Shown here one piece after another: positions 26,088 through 39,391 of a stretch of 64,000 nucleotides of DNA. Source of the stretch: Eledone cirrhosa (Eukaryota); contig OZ024747.1 in NCBI GenBank assembly GCA_964016885.1, forward strand, positions 54,560,001 through 54,624,000, read 5' to 3'. The notes under the pieces are model-generated. The model was given only the letters and a program-made list of their open reading frames with translations, was not told where the DNA came from and searched no databases. How positions within the stretch are numbered: position 1 is the first letter of the stretch; every line of letters begins with the position of its first letter. The position numbers were made by a program, and so were the translations under genes.

Positions 26088-27918
26088 TTTGGTGTTGAAA
26101 GTGAAGAAAGAAAAGCACTTACCTCTCCGGGTTGCGTAATTTCCATGGCATCAGGTGTGTTGGGTGGAGGGATGTTTTGTGGTGGTGTGGGGGTACACGT
26201 GTGTGGTGGGGTTGGGGTATTTGGAGTTGTGTCAGGGAGAGGGGCGGTTATGGGGAAATCTTTCAAGAGGACGCGATTCAACGGTTTTAAACAGGGGGGG
26301 CTCACGTCCCGTCTAAATTGTTCTTTTAAGGAACGATAAAGGTCCAGAGGGACCTTTATCATTTTTAAATGGGTGAAGTTCTCTGTTGAGATAAAGTTTG
26401 GCCCTTCGGTCTGCACCATAGGGTTATTGTTTATTAATTTAACCAGTTTTTTGTTTTCTTTATTTATATATGTGTATTGCAACGTCTTTTTTTGTGATGC
26501 TGTCAATGTTTCGGAGAGGGGAGGCGCAGATTTATTTTTGTTTGTTGAGGGTGGGGTGTTTTTGATTGGAGTTGGTGTTTGTGTGTGGGTTATTTGTGGT
26601 GTGCTGGGTGTGTGTTTTCTTTTTTTTTCTTTTAACTTGTCTGAAGGCTTCTCCTCCTTCTTCTTCAGAAGTTGGGGGAAACTCTTCAGCGCTAGGTGGG
26701 AGGGACGTGTTGTGTGGTTGTTTTTTTTTTGCGGGAGGGGTAGATTTGTTACTGTTTTTTTTTATTATTTGTTTGGAATGGGTTTTGTGGTGGTGGTGGT
26801 AATGTTTGTGTCGTGCTTGTGGTTGGTGATGGTGGTGGTGATGTTTGTGTTGTGGTTGGTGGTGGTGATTTTTGTGTCGTGCTTGTGTTTGGTGCTGGTG
26901 GTGGTGATGTTTGTGTTGTGTTTGTGGTTGGTGGTGTCTGTATTTTGTTTGCTGTGTGTGGTATTAGTGTATTTTTGGAGGTGGGTGGTGTTGGTGTACT
27001 GTTTGTGGTGGGTGTGGGCAATAGTCCTTTTTGGGGGATACGTTTCGGGCAGTTAGCCTTAACGTGTCCCCTTTCCATGCATAAATAGCATGCTGGTCTT
27101 CTCCCCTCTACAATTATGTCTATTGGGGTAAGGTCATCCAGCCAGATGCGATCCGGGATTTGTGCTATTCTTTCGGGCCTCATTTGGACTAGTATGTCGA
27201 GGCCCATTCCCAGGAACGCATCTCCAGTTGCCTTCCCCATTGACAGCATTGTGTCTTCGCCCATATCAATGAAGCCAGCAATATCCCACCAGAAGTCCAT
27301 TGTGGGCAGCATTGTTTTTACTTTTACTCTCTGTGTTCTTCTACCCATGTAGGAGGGATAGAAGCTATATGTTGTCGACGAGAGTGGGCTTAGGGAAAGC
27401 TTTTCCGCCGTTTCTTTGTCTCTTGTTAGGACCGAAATGCTGCCATAGAGTCGGTCCTTTCGTATGAAGAGAATATTCTTCATATAGTCTTTTAGGACTA
27501 ACTCTATTTCCATTTGGCTGGGCTGTGCTGGCTTTCTTGTCTGGTTCAGTATAGTTCTGTAGAGAACTGTGTTTTCTGCTCTGGCTCTCTTGAATTCTGG
27601 GGGGGAGTTAATGGAAAACATTCCGTTCTCCCCCAAAACAATGTGTTTCTTTGCTTCGGCCAGTTTTTCTCTGGCGGCAGTTAGGTCAATTGGTGTGTAT
27701 GTAATGGATTGTTTTGTTTTCTGGGCGAAAGTTGCCCTGTCGTTATTTGTATTATTTTCTGTTTGTTTGTTTTCTGTTTGCTCATTTTCCTTAACATTTG
27801 TTTTTTCATTTTGTTTGTTTGTTTCAATGTCTAATTTTGTTGTAATTATTTTTTGTTCTTCAGACTTGGGGGGCGTGGCAGAGCTAATGGCAGACATGTC
27901 TGCCATCTTTTCCGCCAT
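26084..27918 (-). pseudogene. Tx1 ORF1 (gag-like zinc knuckle), frameshifted in A-runs near 26750
   Basis: MAEKMADMS start, CYLCMERGHVKANC (CX2CX4HX4C), Thr/Pro-rich linker; C-terminal part in ORF 26084-26506. Confidence 0.85.
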
Positions 27919-28220
27919 GCTGCCAAGAAAGAAATTTTTCGGCAAAAATAGATATTTATTTTACCCCCTAAAAAGGGGGTAAATGCAAAAATGTTTCCCT
28001 AAATAACAGGGGTTAGTGTTCCAAATGTGTTGCACTAAAAAATTTTTCCGGTACTTACAATAGTAAGGGTAAATCCCGATGGAATAGCGGAGCCGATGCG
28101 AAGCGTGTCTTACTCTATCAAGATAGATAGATAGATAGATAGATAGATAAATAGATTGATAGATAGATAGATAGATAGATTAATTGAAGATATATATCTA
28201 TATATACGTATAGACATATC

Positions 28221-28885
28221 TATGAGGACGTCCAACCAATACCAGTTTTGCTCCATGAAAGGATTAACAGAAATCAATTTATCAGAGCGTGATAAAATTA
28301 AGTTTGGGAAAAGTAAACAAGATAAGAAAAATATTTTTACCTACTTACTTTGATGTCTCGACTGCAGTTTCGCTGACTATTCGAAACATTATGAGCATTT
28401 TGAGAGGCTCAGCTCATTCGCGGATTGAGTATAAAAATATACAGTTTAATACTGGAAAATGTCAAGCTGTTCGCTATCATCCCGCAAACTAGGCCGCTAC
28501 TAATAAGTTACAACGAATCGAAATGCAGGACTTAGGTATAGGCTTGTACAATGATGTATCCTTTCATGCACAAAACCCTGAAATTGTAAGAAAGTGGACA
28601 TGACTGGCTGGATGGGTTCTGATGACATTGAGGACAAGAGACGGGGAAACCATGTTATCATTTGGAGGATATTTCCATCAGCTGACTGGGTTATTGCTCT
28701 CAGCTGTGGTCGCACCATAGTGTCAAACTAACTTCAGAACTTCAAGCAATCTAACGAAACTACACTAAGAGGATTGCATCAAAGATGGCGATGAACTACT
28801 AAGAGAGATTGAAAGAACTAAAACTCAAGTGTCTGGAACTAATTAGCACCAACCTTCTCCATTGAGAATTGGAACAGGCCTCGAA
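28221..28885 (+). mobile_element. possible highly decayed Tc1/mariner remnant
   Basis: Starts TATGAGG, ends CCTCGAA, with GGATTGCATCAAAGATGG (LHQRW-like) near the 3' end; no intact ORF. Confidence 0.3.
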
Positions 28886-29368
28886 CATGATACCTCTGTT
28901 TAGTACCAAAGACATACTCTGTCTATCTACATAATGTGAATGTAGATGTTTTCAAGAAACAACTCGCCATTGTGCTAACCAAGACGAAGTATAAATAAGG
29001 GTAACAGCGACGCAACCTCTTCTTACATCAACGGTCATCCAAGCAAGGATGGTGATAGCAAATGTAACGGCAATGGCGGAAATCAAGCATGGCCTCAGTC
29101 AATCGACTGGAACAGTCAACAGTGTAAAAGAATAAGTGATGAATATATTTATTAGGACATCCGCCGACGAGTATTACCTGATCTATATATCTCATCACTG
29201 AATTGCGAAACAGTTCTATTTTGAACCTGTCTGGATAGTTATTATGGTTTGGTTTCAATACTTTAATGTATCCTTTAATTGTGTTCTCTAAACCGTTTTA
29301 ACCGCAGTTAATATATTCGTCACCCCGATGGATTTATATCCCTTATGATTTTAACACACACACACACG

Positions 29369-29418
<50 letters not shown>

Positions 29419-29619
29419 TATATATATATATATATGTGTGTGCGTGTGTGTGTGTGTGTTTCTCTCTTTACTTAGTTATAAACAGCTCTGAATTTTTCCT
29501 TGAGCTTTACTGATTATAATCAGAAAAGCTCAAGGAAAAGTTGTAAGAGAATAGTGTGAGTTTTTAACTCACCAGTTTATTTTATATATATATATATATA
29601 TAGGGATATATATATATTA

Positions 29620-29830
29620 AAAAAAGGATCTATCGACTTTCGTCAAATCGAACCGAGGAAACAATGTTTTCGTCTGTCTTTCCAGTTGCTAATACTATCT
29701 ATCGGTCGCAACTCCAGGTAGAAGGAGCAACGTGAAATAAAGTGTCTTGTTCAAGGACATAACGCATCGTCAGGTCCAGGAATCGAACTCTCTAATCACT
29801 TTCCTAACCACTCAGCCACACGCCTTCACC
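29620..29830 (-). mobile_element. tRNA-derived SINE family S2
   Basis: GGCGTGTGGCTGAGTGGTTAGG head, GTTCGATTCCTGG B box, TCCTTGAACAAGACACTTTATTTCACGTTGCTCC; copies at 31908-32120 and 52688-52820. Confidence 0.8.
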
Positions 29831-29835
29831 TATAT

Positions 29836-29871
<36 letters not shown>

Positions 29872-30015
29872 GTTTGTAAATGTTCACACAGAAAAACAGA
29901 CTTATACTGCAAGCTATTACCGACTTCTATACTCCCACCTCAGTAATCCTCTTGAAATGTATATTTGTATGTTAAGGTGGGAGTGTAAGTAAGGTGGGAG
30001 TGCATTATTCTAGCC

Positions 30016-30210
30016 AGGACGGTGGATTGGCAGTATCGGTAGAGAGTCGGACACCATGCTTTGAAGCAGAGAGTTACGTCCCTTTACGGTCTGAGTTCAA
30101 ATCCCGCCGAGGTTAACTTTGCCTTTCATCCTTACGGGGGTCGATAAAATAAAGTACCAGTAATACACTGGTTAATTGCTGGCCTTGTGCCAAAAGTAGA
30201 AAGAATTTTT
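30016..30210 (+). mobile_element. SINE S1, full length
   Basis: Complete head, body and tail; TAGCCAGG repeated on both flanks. Confidence 0.92.
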
Positions 30211-30691
30211 ATAGCCAGGTCGATGAGTGCCTTGCGGTGTGTGTGTGTGTTTGCGTGTGTTTCTATCTATGTGTGCGTTTGTGTGTGTGTGTGTGTCGTT
30301 TAGTCAAGGATATTGTGATATTTCTGCTCCCCATGCCTCTGTTATTTTATTTTATCTATTACGACCACTCTCCTTTTCACTGTTTCATGATACACAATTG
30401 ATACATAAAATATATCATGAACATGAAATTATAGACCCCAATCTAGGACACCTGAACGAAACACCTACCTGATCAGTCACAGAAACTTTGAGGTTAAATA
30501 TTACACAGATGTTATAATATTTGTTGAAGTAGTACCTTGAATTTATTAATGTTCTATCTTGGCGCAGACCCAACAGTATTTAGCACTTCCCAACCTTATC
30601 TTGTTTCCAGTGACACCTAAACCTATTATATATAAATGTGTGTGTCTGTATGTATGTATGTATGTATGTATGTATGTATGTATGTATGTAT

Positions 30692-31235
30692 ATTCTTCTG
30701 GTTTTATAATTTCACAAAGTTTTACCAATAGAGAGAGAGTCGGTTTCTAACATAGACACAAGACTCTCTCATTGGAATTTACACAGCATCAACTAGGTAG
30801 ATATGTATGTATACATGCATGTGTAGATATGGATGTTATTGTATGTGTGGATGTGGATGTTTTCAGTTGTATGTGTGCATGTGTATATGCTTTGCATCTG
30901 TACATGTGTATATGCAGTTATTAGATGAAAAATATTTGGAATATTTTACATATTTTTTTCTGTTCCATTAATGGATTGTACTTGTAATTTCCTAACTAGT
31001 TGTGTTCTTTCTGATCCTGTGAAGCCTAGCTTCTCAAGATTTGTATTGAGGCAGTTACTGACATACCCCAGTGCCCCAATAACCACAGGAATACATCTGA
31101 AGGTGTAATCAGGGTGGAGTATCTGCAGATTTCTCATCAGTTCTGCATAAATATTCTCCTTTTCCCTAATCTTTGATATCATATGGCATCTGCTGGGTAA
31201 CTAATTTCCACTACTGTGCATGTTTTCTTCTCTCT
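30692..31235 (-). mobile_element. 3' fragment of an RLE-type (R4/Dong-like) non-LTR element in an (ATAC)n tract
   Basis: CTVVEISYPAD...KIREKENIYAELMRNLQILHPDYTFRCIPVVIGALG matches the E-x-S-x-P...K..KY..L...PVVIGALG end of restriction-like endonucleases; (TATG)n on both sides. Confidence 0.75.
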
Positions 31236-31711
31236 GTATGTATTTATGTATGTATGTATGTATGTATGTATGTATGTATGTATGTATGTATGTATGTATG
31301 TATGCATGTATGTATGTATGTATGTATGTATGTGTGTATGTATGTATGTATTTATGTGTGTGTGTGTGAGTATGTACATATAAATATATAAGTGTATGTA
31401 TCTCACATTTGAATTCGCTGCTGAAAGGTCTTTTTTCTAAGCGCTCATATATTCACCTAGCTTATGCTAACAGAATAACTATGAAGCTTGTCTCCTTCTT
31501 TCTACGGTTAGCTATCCTTGTTGTTATCTTGTCTCACTCGCTTTACGCGTTTTAATTGTCCTAATAACTTAATTTAGTTATTATTGCACCGACGTGAGGT
31601 ATATGATTTTTAATGCAATGAAATATCTATGATCGTCGGTAAATCACTGATGAGGGACTTATTTTATTACATGTTATCCATGTGCAACCAGCAGTATTAT
31701 TCTCCCCATTT

Positions 31712-31782
<71 letters not shown>

Positions 31783-31786
<4 letters not shown>

Positions 31787-31895
31787 CAAAGAGGGTGTGG
31801 TAAGCTACCAGGTGGACCATAACGTACAAGAGTACTCAATACTTAGGGTAGTAAAGGTTGTTAATAGGAAAAGAGCGGTCCTGACTATTTTCCTA
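31783..31895. mobile_element. family H3 tail fragment
   Basis: GTGTGGTAAG..CCAGGTGGACCATAACG..AGTACTCAATACTTAGGGTAGTA, as at 14455-14515. Confidence 0.75.
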
Positions 31896-31907
31896 TATAT
31901 ATTTGTG

Positions 31908-32119
31908 TGAAGGCGCGTGGCTGAGTCGTTAGAGTATTTGATTTGCAATCGCAAGTCCGATTCCTGGAACGAGTGATGCGTTATGGCGTTGAGCAAGATA
32001 CTTTATTTCACGTTGCTCCTTCTACCAGGAGTTGCGGCCGGTAGATAGGATTAGCAATTGAAGAGACCAATGGAAACATTGTTTCCTCGGTCCAATTGAC
32101 GAAAGTTGATCGATTGTCG

Positions 32120-32120
<1 letters not shown>
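31908..32120 (+). mobile_element. SINE S2
   Basis: Homologous to 29620-29830. Confidence 0.78.
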
Positions 32121-32171
<51 letters not shown>

Positions 32172-34182
32172 GTGTGTGTATATATATGTATATATGTCTA
32201 TATATATAAACATATATATATATGCATGTATATATAATCTGGTAACATCAATGGGAGTTGCGTTTGTGTCTATATGAGCATATACATATGAATGTAAATG
32301 TACAATGGTTCAAATTGCCTAGGTGGTATCTGGGAGATACTGAGTTCAATTCCGCGTAGCGGTAAATGGCAACTCGTTTTTCCGTCGCAAATGGTCACCA
32401 CCCTATTTTATAGCATCTCCGCGAATGAACAGACCACTTTTTATATTAAAAATATATATGTGTGTGTGTATGTGTGTGTGTGTGCGTGTGTGTGCGTGTG
32501 TGCGTTTGTACGCACGCGCGTGTGTCTTTGTACATCTGTGCTTATTTAAATATCTATCTATCTATCTACCTTTCCTCATATGTTTAATAGTGGAAAGTAG
32601 TGAGATAGAGGGACTGGTGTAGCGGTTGTTACTGGCTGTTTTCAGGAGCAATACTTTCACACATTCACGGGACGCAGTGGAGATAGATTTCCTAGAATTG
32701 GGTGTAGTGACTACCACAACCTCTCGCTTTCCATTACTTTCGCAACTTAATTTGTTTTGTCTCTTCTTTTCGGGTTTTTCTTTGTAATATATGTATTCTC
32801 ATTCCCTTAAATAAAATGTTAAACACTACACATCAAATGTAAATTGAAAATAACAGCTTTTGTGTGATTTTGTAATGGCTAAAATGACTTTTCCACGATG
32901 TAATGACTTTAGTTTCAACACAGTTTTAAATGAGTTTAGTTACCAAACAAGTAAAACTCCAAAATATCAAAATAGTAATGCTAATGTCTCAGCTGCTATA
33001 TCATTGATCATAGATTTGCTAGATCAATGGTGACTAAAGAACAGCACAAATATGTCACATGTTTCATATAAGATTTGGTTATTTCCAAGCTCCCAAGCAT
33101 AGCCGGTCGACAAGTAGAATCGTTAGAGTGTTAGACAGAATATGCTACATACAGTTCCCTACGCACTAAGTTCAAATCGGACTCTCCCAACCCGGACGAT
33201 TTTACTTTCTATCGGTTCTGTGTCCATAAAGCAATTACCAGCCAAGTCCTACAGCTGCTTTCTCTGTTCTGCTTTATGAAGAGCAGGTGGATCGAGAAAT
33301 TATCTATGTCTACTCTTCACTTCCTGAGAATATTGCTATACACTGTTGGTCATAATCCTCACCAAATCCCTTCCATTCCTTCCTGTAAGATTAAATAGGC
33401 ATTGAAGGTTTTAGTTGTACAATTGACCAGTTCAAATTACCAGGATATCTTAAAACTGGTCTGGTATTCTAAAAGTTTAACACATTTATTAACACGATGT
33501 TAGCTATTGGTCTTACAAGCTTGTCTCCACATAATATAAGACCATTTTCCCAGTCACACAGTGAATTACATTTGGTATATGGCTGGTTCTTTTAATTTTC
33601 GTTGTAAACCATACATTGGCTAATTGTATACTCAACATCCATATATAAATTTGAGCGACTTTCATTGGTCACACAATGTGTCTGTGTGTGTGTGTGTATG
33701 TGTGTGTATGTGTGAGAATATATGTGAAAGGAAGAAAGGAGATGGTGAAAAAAATAAAGCACAACAATGGCTGGCATTCCATTTGTTACACTGTGTGTGA
33801 GTGTAAGTGCAAGTGTGTATTAGTGCATATGTATGTATGTGTGTGTATTTATGTGATTGTATGTATGTGACTGTATATTTTCTATAAGTGTGTCAGTGTT
33901 TGCGCGTTTATATTTATATACTCATACATATAACTGTATGCATATGCACATATACACATACGCGTCAGCGTGTTGAAAATAATCTAGTCAGGATAAACTT
34001 CTAGATCAATGATGCTAAATCCTGGAACCTATACTGCATCACGGCGATTTAGTAATGTATTTTACTCTGTACTCTTATAGATGTTACTGTTTCGATCCCT
34101 ATCACATTCTGGAGATATTGTTAATATTAGGCCTTGAAACATTAGGCATCGTTTTTGTTCCGTCTATGAACATAAATAAATA

Positions 34183-34220
<38 letters not shown>

Positions 34221-34244
34221 AGAGAAAAAGAGAGAGAGAGGGGG

Positions 34245-34311
<67 letters not shown>

Positions 34312-34989
34312 ATAGAAGGTCAAACTAGTGCACTGGTACTTCATCTATCAACTATGGTGAAATGCAAAGTAAATTTTGGCGTGATTTGAACTCACAGCAC
34401 AATGAGCTGGAACAAATATCGTAGCTTTTAAATCCGATGCCCAAAAGACTCTGCCTTATTGTGCATACTACTTATACACGATTACGTTTGACGCCTGCAG
34501 TTTGTTCAGTTTCCCAGTAACATCTCAATGACATGACTATATGTCTTATTTTATAGAAAAAAAATTGGTGGAGTCGTTAGAGTGTGGGATTAAATGCCTT
34601 GTGGTATTTATTCTAATTGTCTGTTCTCCGAGGTCAATTTCCGCCGAGCTCAATTTTGTCAATTTTTGGAGTTGATAAAATATATTAATTCATGTTTGAT
34701 GGATTGGTGGAATTGTTAAAATGTCTTGTGGTATCATTCATTTTCCCTCACACTGTCTCTCATCTCATTTTGGATCCATCACACCTTCCTGTGATTTTTC
34801 TCTTTTTTCTCTGTCTGCCTATCTGTCTCTGCCTCTACATCACCATCTCATCCCATCTCATCTCATGTCATCCCATCCCAGCCTCCACCATCTACCATCA
34901 CTTATTTCGACATCTCTGTTCCCGTCTATATTTCTCATCCGAAGATCTTTTAGCTTTCCTTATGACCACACTCTCTCCGTCTCTCATTG

Positions 34990-35021
<32 letters not shown>

Positions 35022-35924
35022 GTCTGTCAGAAACACCTCACTCTCCCATACCTTCTCTATTTCTCAGAATCCCTCACTAACACCTCCGCTCTCTCTCTAT
35101 ATATGTCATAAACTCCTCACTCCCCCTTGCCTTCTCTATTTCTCAAAACCCTCCACTCTTCCATACATTTTTCTATTTCTCATAACCCCTCACTCTCTAT
35201 ATATTTGTCATAAACTCCTCATTCTCCCCTACTCTCTCTATTTCTCAGAACCCGTCACTAACACACCCGCTATATCTGGCATTCGTACTCCCTACTGTCA
35301 CACCCTATTCTCTGGTTTCCAGTACCCTTTTCACACACTAACAAAACCCCTCCACTATATTTGTCTTTTTCTCTTCCCTGCTGTAACACCCACATCTCTT
35401 TTTCCCAGTACCCACCTCCTATATTTCTCATTCTCTCCTCACCCTCACACCCCGACCCACCAATTTTCTTTATTTTTCAGCAGTGCCCCTCCTCACCTAA
35501 ACCCCACCACTGACATGACAAGTGATCTCAATTAGACCCATTAAAATGCAATTAAAGAGCTACACCTACCCCTTGCCCCACCAAAAAGTAAATAACAATA
35601 ATATTAATAAACGAGAAAAATAATTAAAACAAAATGTTAAACAATTGAAAAAAAAAATGTTTGTTTTTTTTCCATCCATTTAAAGAGACACGAGCGAGTT
35701 CGGGGTGGTTGTAGGGGGTGTAAGTTCTAATAGAGGCGGGGATAGTGACAATTTTAACGTTTAAACGGGAACTGTTATGCATAATTCGTTTCACACGACA
35801 CGCACATGCTTCCTCAAACTTAAATGTAAGATACACTCACTCTAACAACAGGGGGCGCTCAATGTCGTCAGCACAACTGGGAAGATTTTTTTTTTCTTTC
35901 TTAAATGTTTTAAAACACCATTCT

Positions 35925-36251
35925 GCGTTTTTGTTGTTGCTATTGTTGTTGTTGTTATTTGCTGTTATTGATAGTAATTATGTTGTTGTAGTTGTTGTAA
36001 TAACACTGTTGTTATTGTTATTGGTGTCACAGTGGTCGTTGTTGTTGTTGTTTTTGTTGTTCTTGTAATGGTACTGTTGTTGTTGTTGTTGCTGTTGTTG
36101 TCACGGTTATTGTTGTTGCTGTTGTTGTTGTCACTGCTATTGCTGCTGTTGTTGTTATCACCGTTATTGTTAGTGTTGTCACTACTGTTGTTGTTATTTT
36201 TAAAGTTGATGTAGTTATTGTTGTTACTGTTGTTGCTGCTGCTGCTGTTGT

Positions 36252-36285
<34 letters not shown>

Positions 36286-36437
36286 GTTGTTGTTAATATT
36301 TATGTTGCCATCGCTGTCGTTGTTATTTTTAAGATTGATGTAGTTATTGTTGTTACTGTTGTTGCTGTTGTTGTTGTTGTCGTGGTTGTTACTGTTGTTG
36401 ATGTTGTTGTTGTTGTTGTTGTTACCACTTTTGTTGT

Positions 36438-36469
<32 letters not shown>

Positions 36470-37372
36470 CCACTTTTGTTGTTGTTACTATTTATGTTGC
36501 CATCGCTGTTGTTGTTATTTTTAAGATTGATGTAGTTATTGTTGTTGCTGTTGTTAATATTTATGATGTCGTCACTAATGTTGTTATTACAGTGTCACTG
36601 TTGTTGTTGTTGCTGTTGTTGTTGTTGTTGTTGTCACTGTTGTAGTGTTGTTGTTGTTGTCAATGCTGTCCTTGATCTTAATATATATGTCGTTATTGTT
36701 GCTAACTTACTGTTGTTGTTGTTGTTGTTATTGTTGTCACTGTTGTTATTGTTGTTGTCAATATTGTTATTATTGTTGTTGTCACCGTTGTTGTTATTGT
36801 TGTTGTCACTGTTGTTGTTATTGTTGTTGTCACTGTTGTTGTTATTGTTGTTGTCACTGTTGTTGTTATTGTTGTTGTCACTGTTGTTGTTATTGTTGTT
36901 GTCACTGTTGTTGTTATTGTTGTTGTCACTGTTGTTGTTGTCAATGGTCTTGTTGTTGTTATTGTTGTTGTCACTCTCGTTGTTGTCAATGGTCTTGTTG
37001 TTGTTGTTGCTGCTGTTGTTGTCACTGTAGTGGTTGTTGTTGTTGTCACTGTTGTCCTTGATGTTAATGTTGCTAACATATTGTTGTTACTGTTGTTGTT
37101 GTTACTGTTGTTGCTGTCACTGTTGTTGTTGTTACTGTTGTTGCTGTCAATGTTGTTGTTGCTACTGTTGTTGTTGTCACTGTTGTTGATGTTACTGTTG
37201 TTATTGTTGTCAATGTTGTTGTTAATATTTATATCGTTATTGTTGTTACTTTTGTTGTTGTCTTTGCTATCTATTGTTCTCAATGTAGTTGATATTGTTG
37301 ATATTGTCATTGTTATTGTAATTGTTGTTGTTATTGTAATTGTTGTTGTTATTGTAATTGTTGTTGTTATTA
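35925..37372. repeat. degenerate (TTG)n tract with a 21-bp sub-period
   Basis: TTG runs, with GTCACTGTTGTTGTTATTGTT-type units at 36730-36940. Confidence 0.9.
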
Positions 37373-37803
37373 AATACATGTTTTTTATTAACTCTCTCTC
37401 TCCCTCTCACTCTCCAATCACTTTCTCTCCTCTCTCTCTCTCTCACACCTTCTCTCTCTCCTCACTCTCTCTGACCTATCTCCCTCCTTCTCTCTGGCTT
37501 TTCTCTCCCTCACTCTACCACCTCTCACTCACTCTTCTCTCTTTTTCTCTACCACCTCTCACTCACTCTTCTCTCTTTCTCTCTACCGTATCTCTCTCGC
37601 TCACTCTCTCTAGGCCCTCTCTCTACCTCTCGCTCTCTTCCCTCATTTTCTCACCCTTTCCTCACCCTCTCACGACCACCTCTCGCTACCTCTATCGGTC
37701 TATAACACACACACACAAACACACACATACACGTGTATGTTATATGATTCGATATCGTTAGATGTATATGTATATATGTCTTGTATATATATATATATAT
37801 ACA

Positions 37804-37858
<55 letters not shown>

Positions 37859-38257
37859 GTATGCATACGGGTCATTCTACAATCTACTCTATGACTGCGT
37901 TTATCGCTATATATATGCATATCTATCTATATGTTTGTGTATGTGTGTATATATATATATACACACAATCTTATATTATAGATATACAACCACGTTCACA
38001 CATACACAGGTATGCATACGCATGTACACATACGCACACGCAAAAGTAAACACATGCATGCGCATATAGAGACACACGCATGCGCACGCAGAGGTTCATT
38101 CACAGATATTTTAACACATAGAAAAGGAATTATACAATACAACTGAAATTTAAAAAGAAAATATTACTTCTATTATTTTTCTCACAATAAATAAAATTGA
38201 AAGCGACAAAACGTTAAAAATGAAAACAATAACAAATTAAACACATTAACTCTCACG

Positions 38258-38355
<98 letters not shown>

Positions 38356-38356
<1 letters not shown>

Positions 38357-38605
38357 GTAGAGGTTATATTTAATTTGTTGGGATACAACAAACAAAATAT
38401 TTTTATAACTGATATAAAGCACTCAACAAAATTATTGGAGTAAATATACAATATATTAACAAATGGAAACTATATTTATAAAATCACATTTATTTCATTA
38501 TGCACATTTCAAGGGCCACCAAGGCAGATTATGGTGCGCTTTCATCAGATAAAATATAATATACATTAGTTTTATAAATAAATATCGACCCTCTCAGGAA
38601 TACGT
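38356..38605 (-). mobile_element. PLE-terminus-like element family H5 with HHR at 38492-38555
   Basis: ATTTTAT-CTGATGA-aagcgCACCA..TGGTGgccctt-GAAA-TGTGC-ATA|ATGAAAT; copies at 46477 and 55951. Confidence 0.85.
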
Positions 38606-38608
38606 GGG

Positions 38609-38714
38609 TGAAGAAGAAGAAGAAGAAGAAGAAGAAGAAGAAGAAGAAGAAGAAGAAGAAGAAGAAGAAGAAGAAGAAGAAGAAGAAGAAGAAGAAGAAT
38701 AATAATAATAATAA

Positions 38715-38745
<31 letters not shown>

Positions 38746-38748
38746 AAT
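38609..38748. repeat. compound (GAA)n(TAA)n(GAA)n microsatellite
   Basis: Seen directly. Confidence 0.95.
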
Positions 38749-39112
38749 AGACCTCTGCTGATCTCTCCATACACCCGGTTGATTGTGTACATATTTAGCT
38801 GGTATTGCATGTTATATCAACAATACAGCAGTAGATTCGGCAACGGTGTTCAAGACAAGGATAAAATCAACTTAAAACCGCAACAACTAGAGCACCAACA
38901 GCAACATCAAAAACGACAACCGAAACGTAATCACTGAATTACCCATACACTCAATAGTATATACAACCAGTTATCGATCATCGATCTACCCCATAATTCT
39001 ACCTTTCTGATAAGGAGTTGGACGTTGTAAAGTTACGTAAAGTTACACGCCCACACACATACACATACACACACACATACTCATATATATCTATATCTAT
39101 ATATATATATAT

Positions 39113-39310
39113 ACGTTATTCCGGGTTGAATCGAAGGTAACCACAGTAAGTAAGGTACTCAATACATTGCAGAGTATAAAAGTTTTAATATAGATGAGAT
39201 TCTACAGGACTAGAACTGTTTCATTCTTTAGAAATCATCAGGATTCCTGATGATTTCTAAAGAATGAAACAGTTCTAGTCCTGTAGAATCTCATCTATAT
39301 TAAAACTATA
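39113..39310. mobile_element. perfect 63-bp-arm palindrome with HHR-like core in each arm, plus about 67-nt tail
   Basis: 39181-39243 / 39245-39307 perfect inverted repeat with a 1-nt apex; CTGATGA-tTTCtaaaGAAt-GAAACAGTT; a related core at 20709-20740. Confidence 0.8.
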
Positions 39311-39391
39311 TATAGATATGTGTGTGTGTGTGTGTGTGTGTGCGTGCGTGTATGTATATGTATAAGTAAATGTATAGGCATATATATATAT

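Larger units (their letters stand above)
22429..28120 (-). mobile_element. near full-length Tx1-clade LINE inserted in a (GATA)n array
   Basis: 5' UTR, ORF1 with CCHC knuckle, ORF2 APE-RT-zinc finger, 3' UTR with AATAAA; (AGAT)n on both sides (22383-22428, 28121-28180). Confidence 0.95.

Noticed and set aside
26084-26122. 39-nt intron fusing Tx1 ORF1 to ORF2
   Set aside because: Splicing gives an immediate stop, and the AG appears to come from an ATG-to-ATA change at the ORF2 start.
28617-28660. CTGATGA...GAAACCATGTT
   Set aside because: No stem I or stem II pairing and not TA-flanked; likely chance.
32646-32820. Possible plus-strand terminal exon after TGTTTTCAG with downstream AATAAA
   Set aside because: Only generic signals; the frame cannot be determined.
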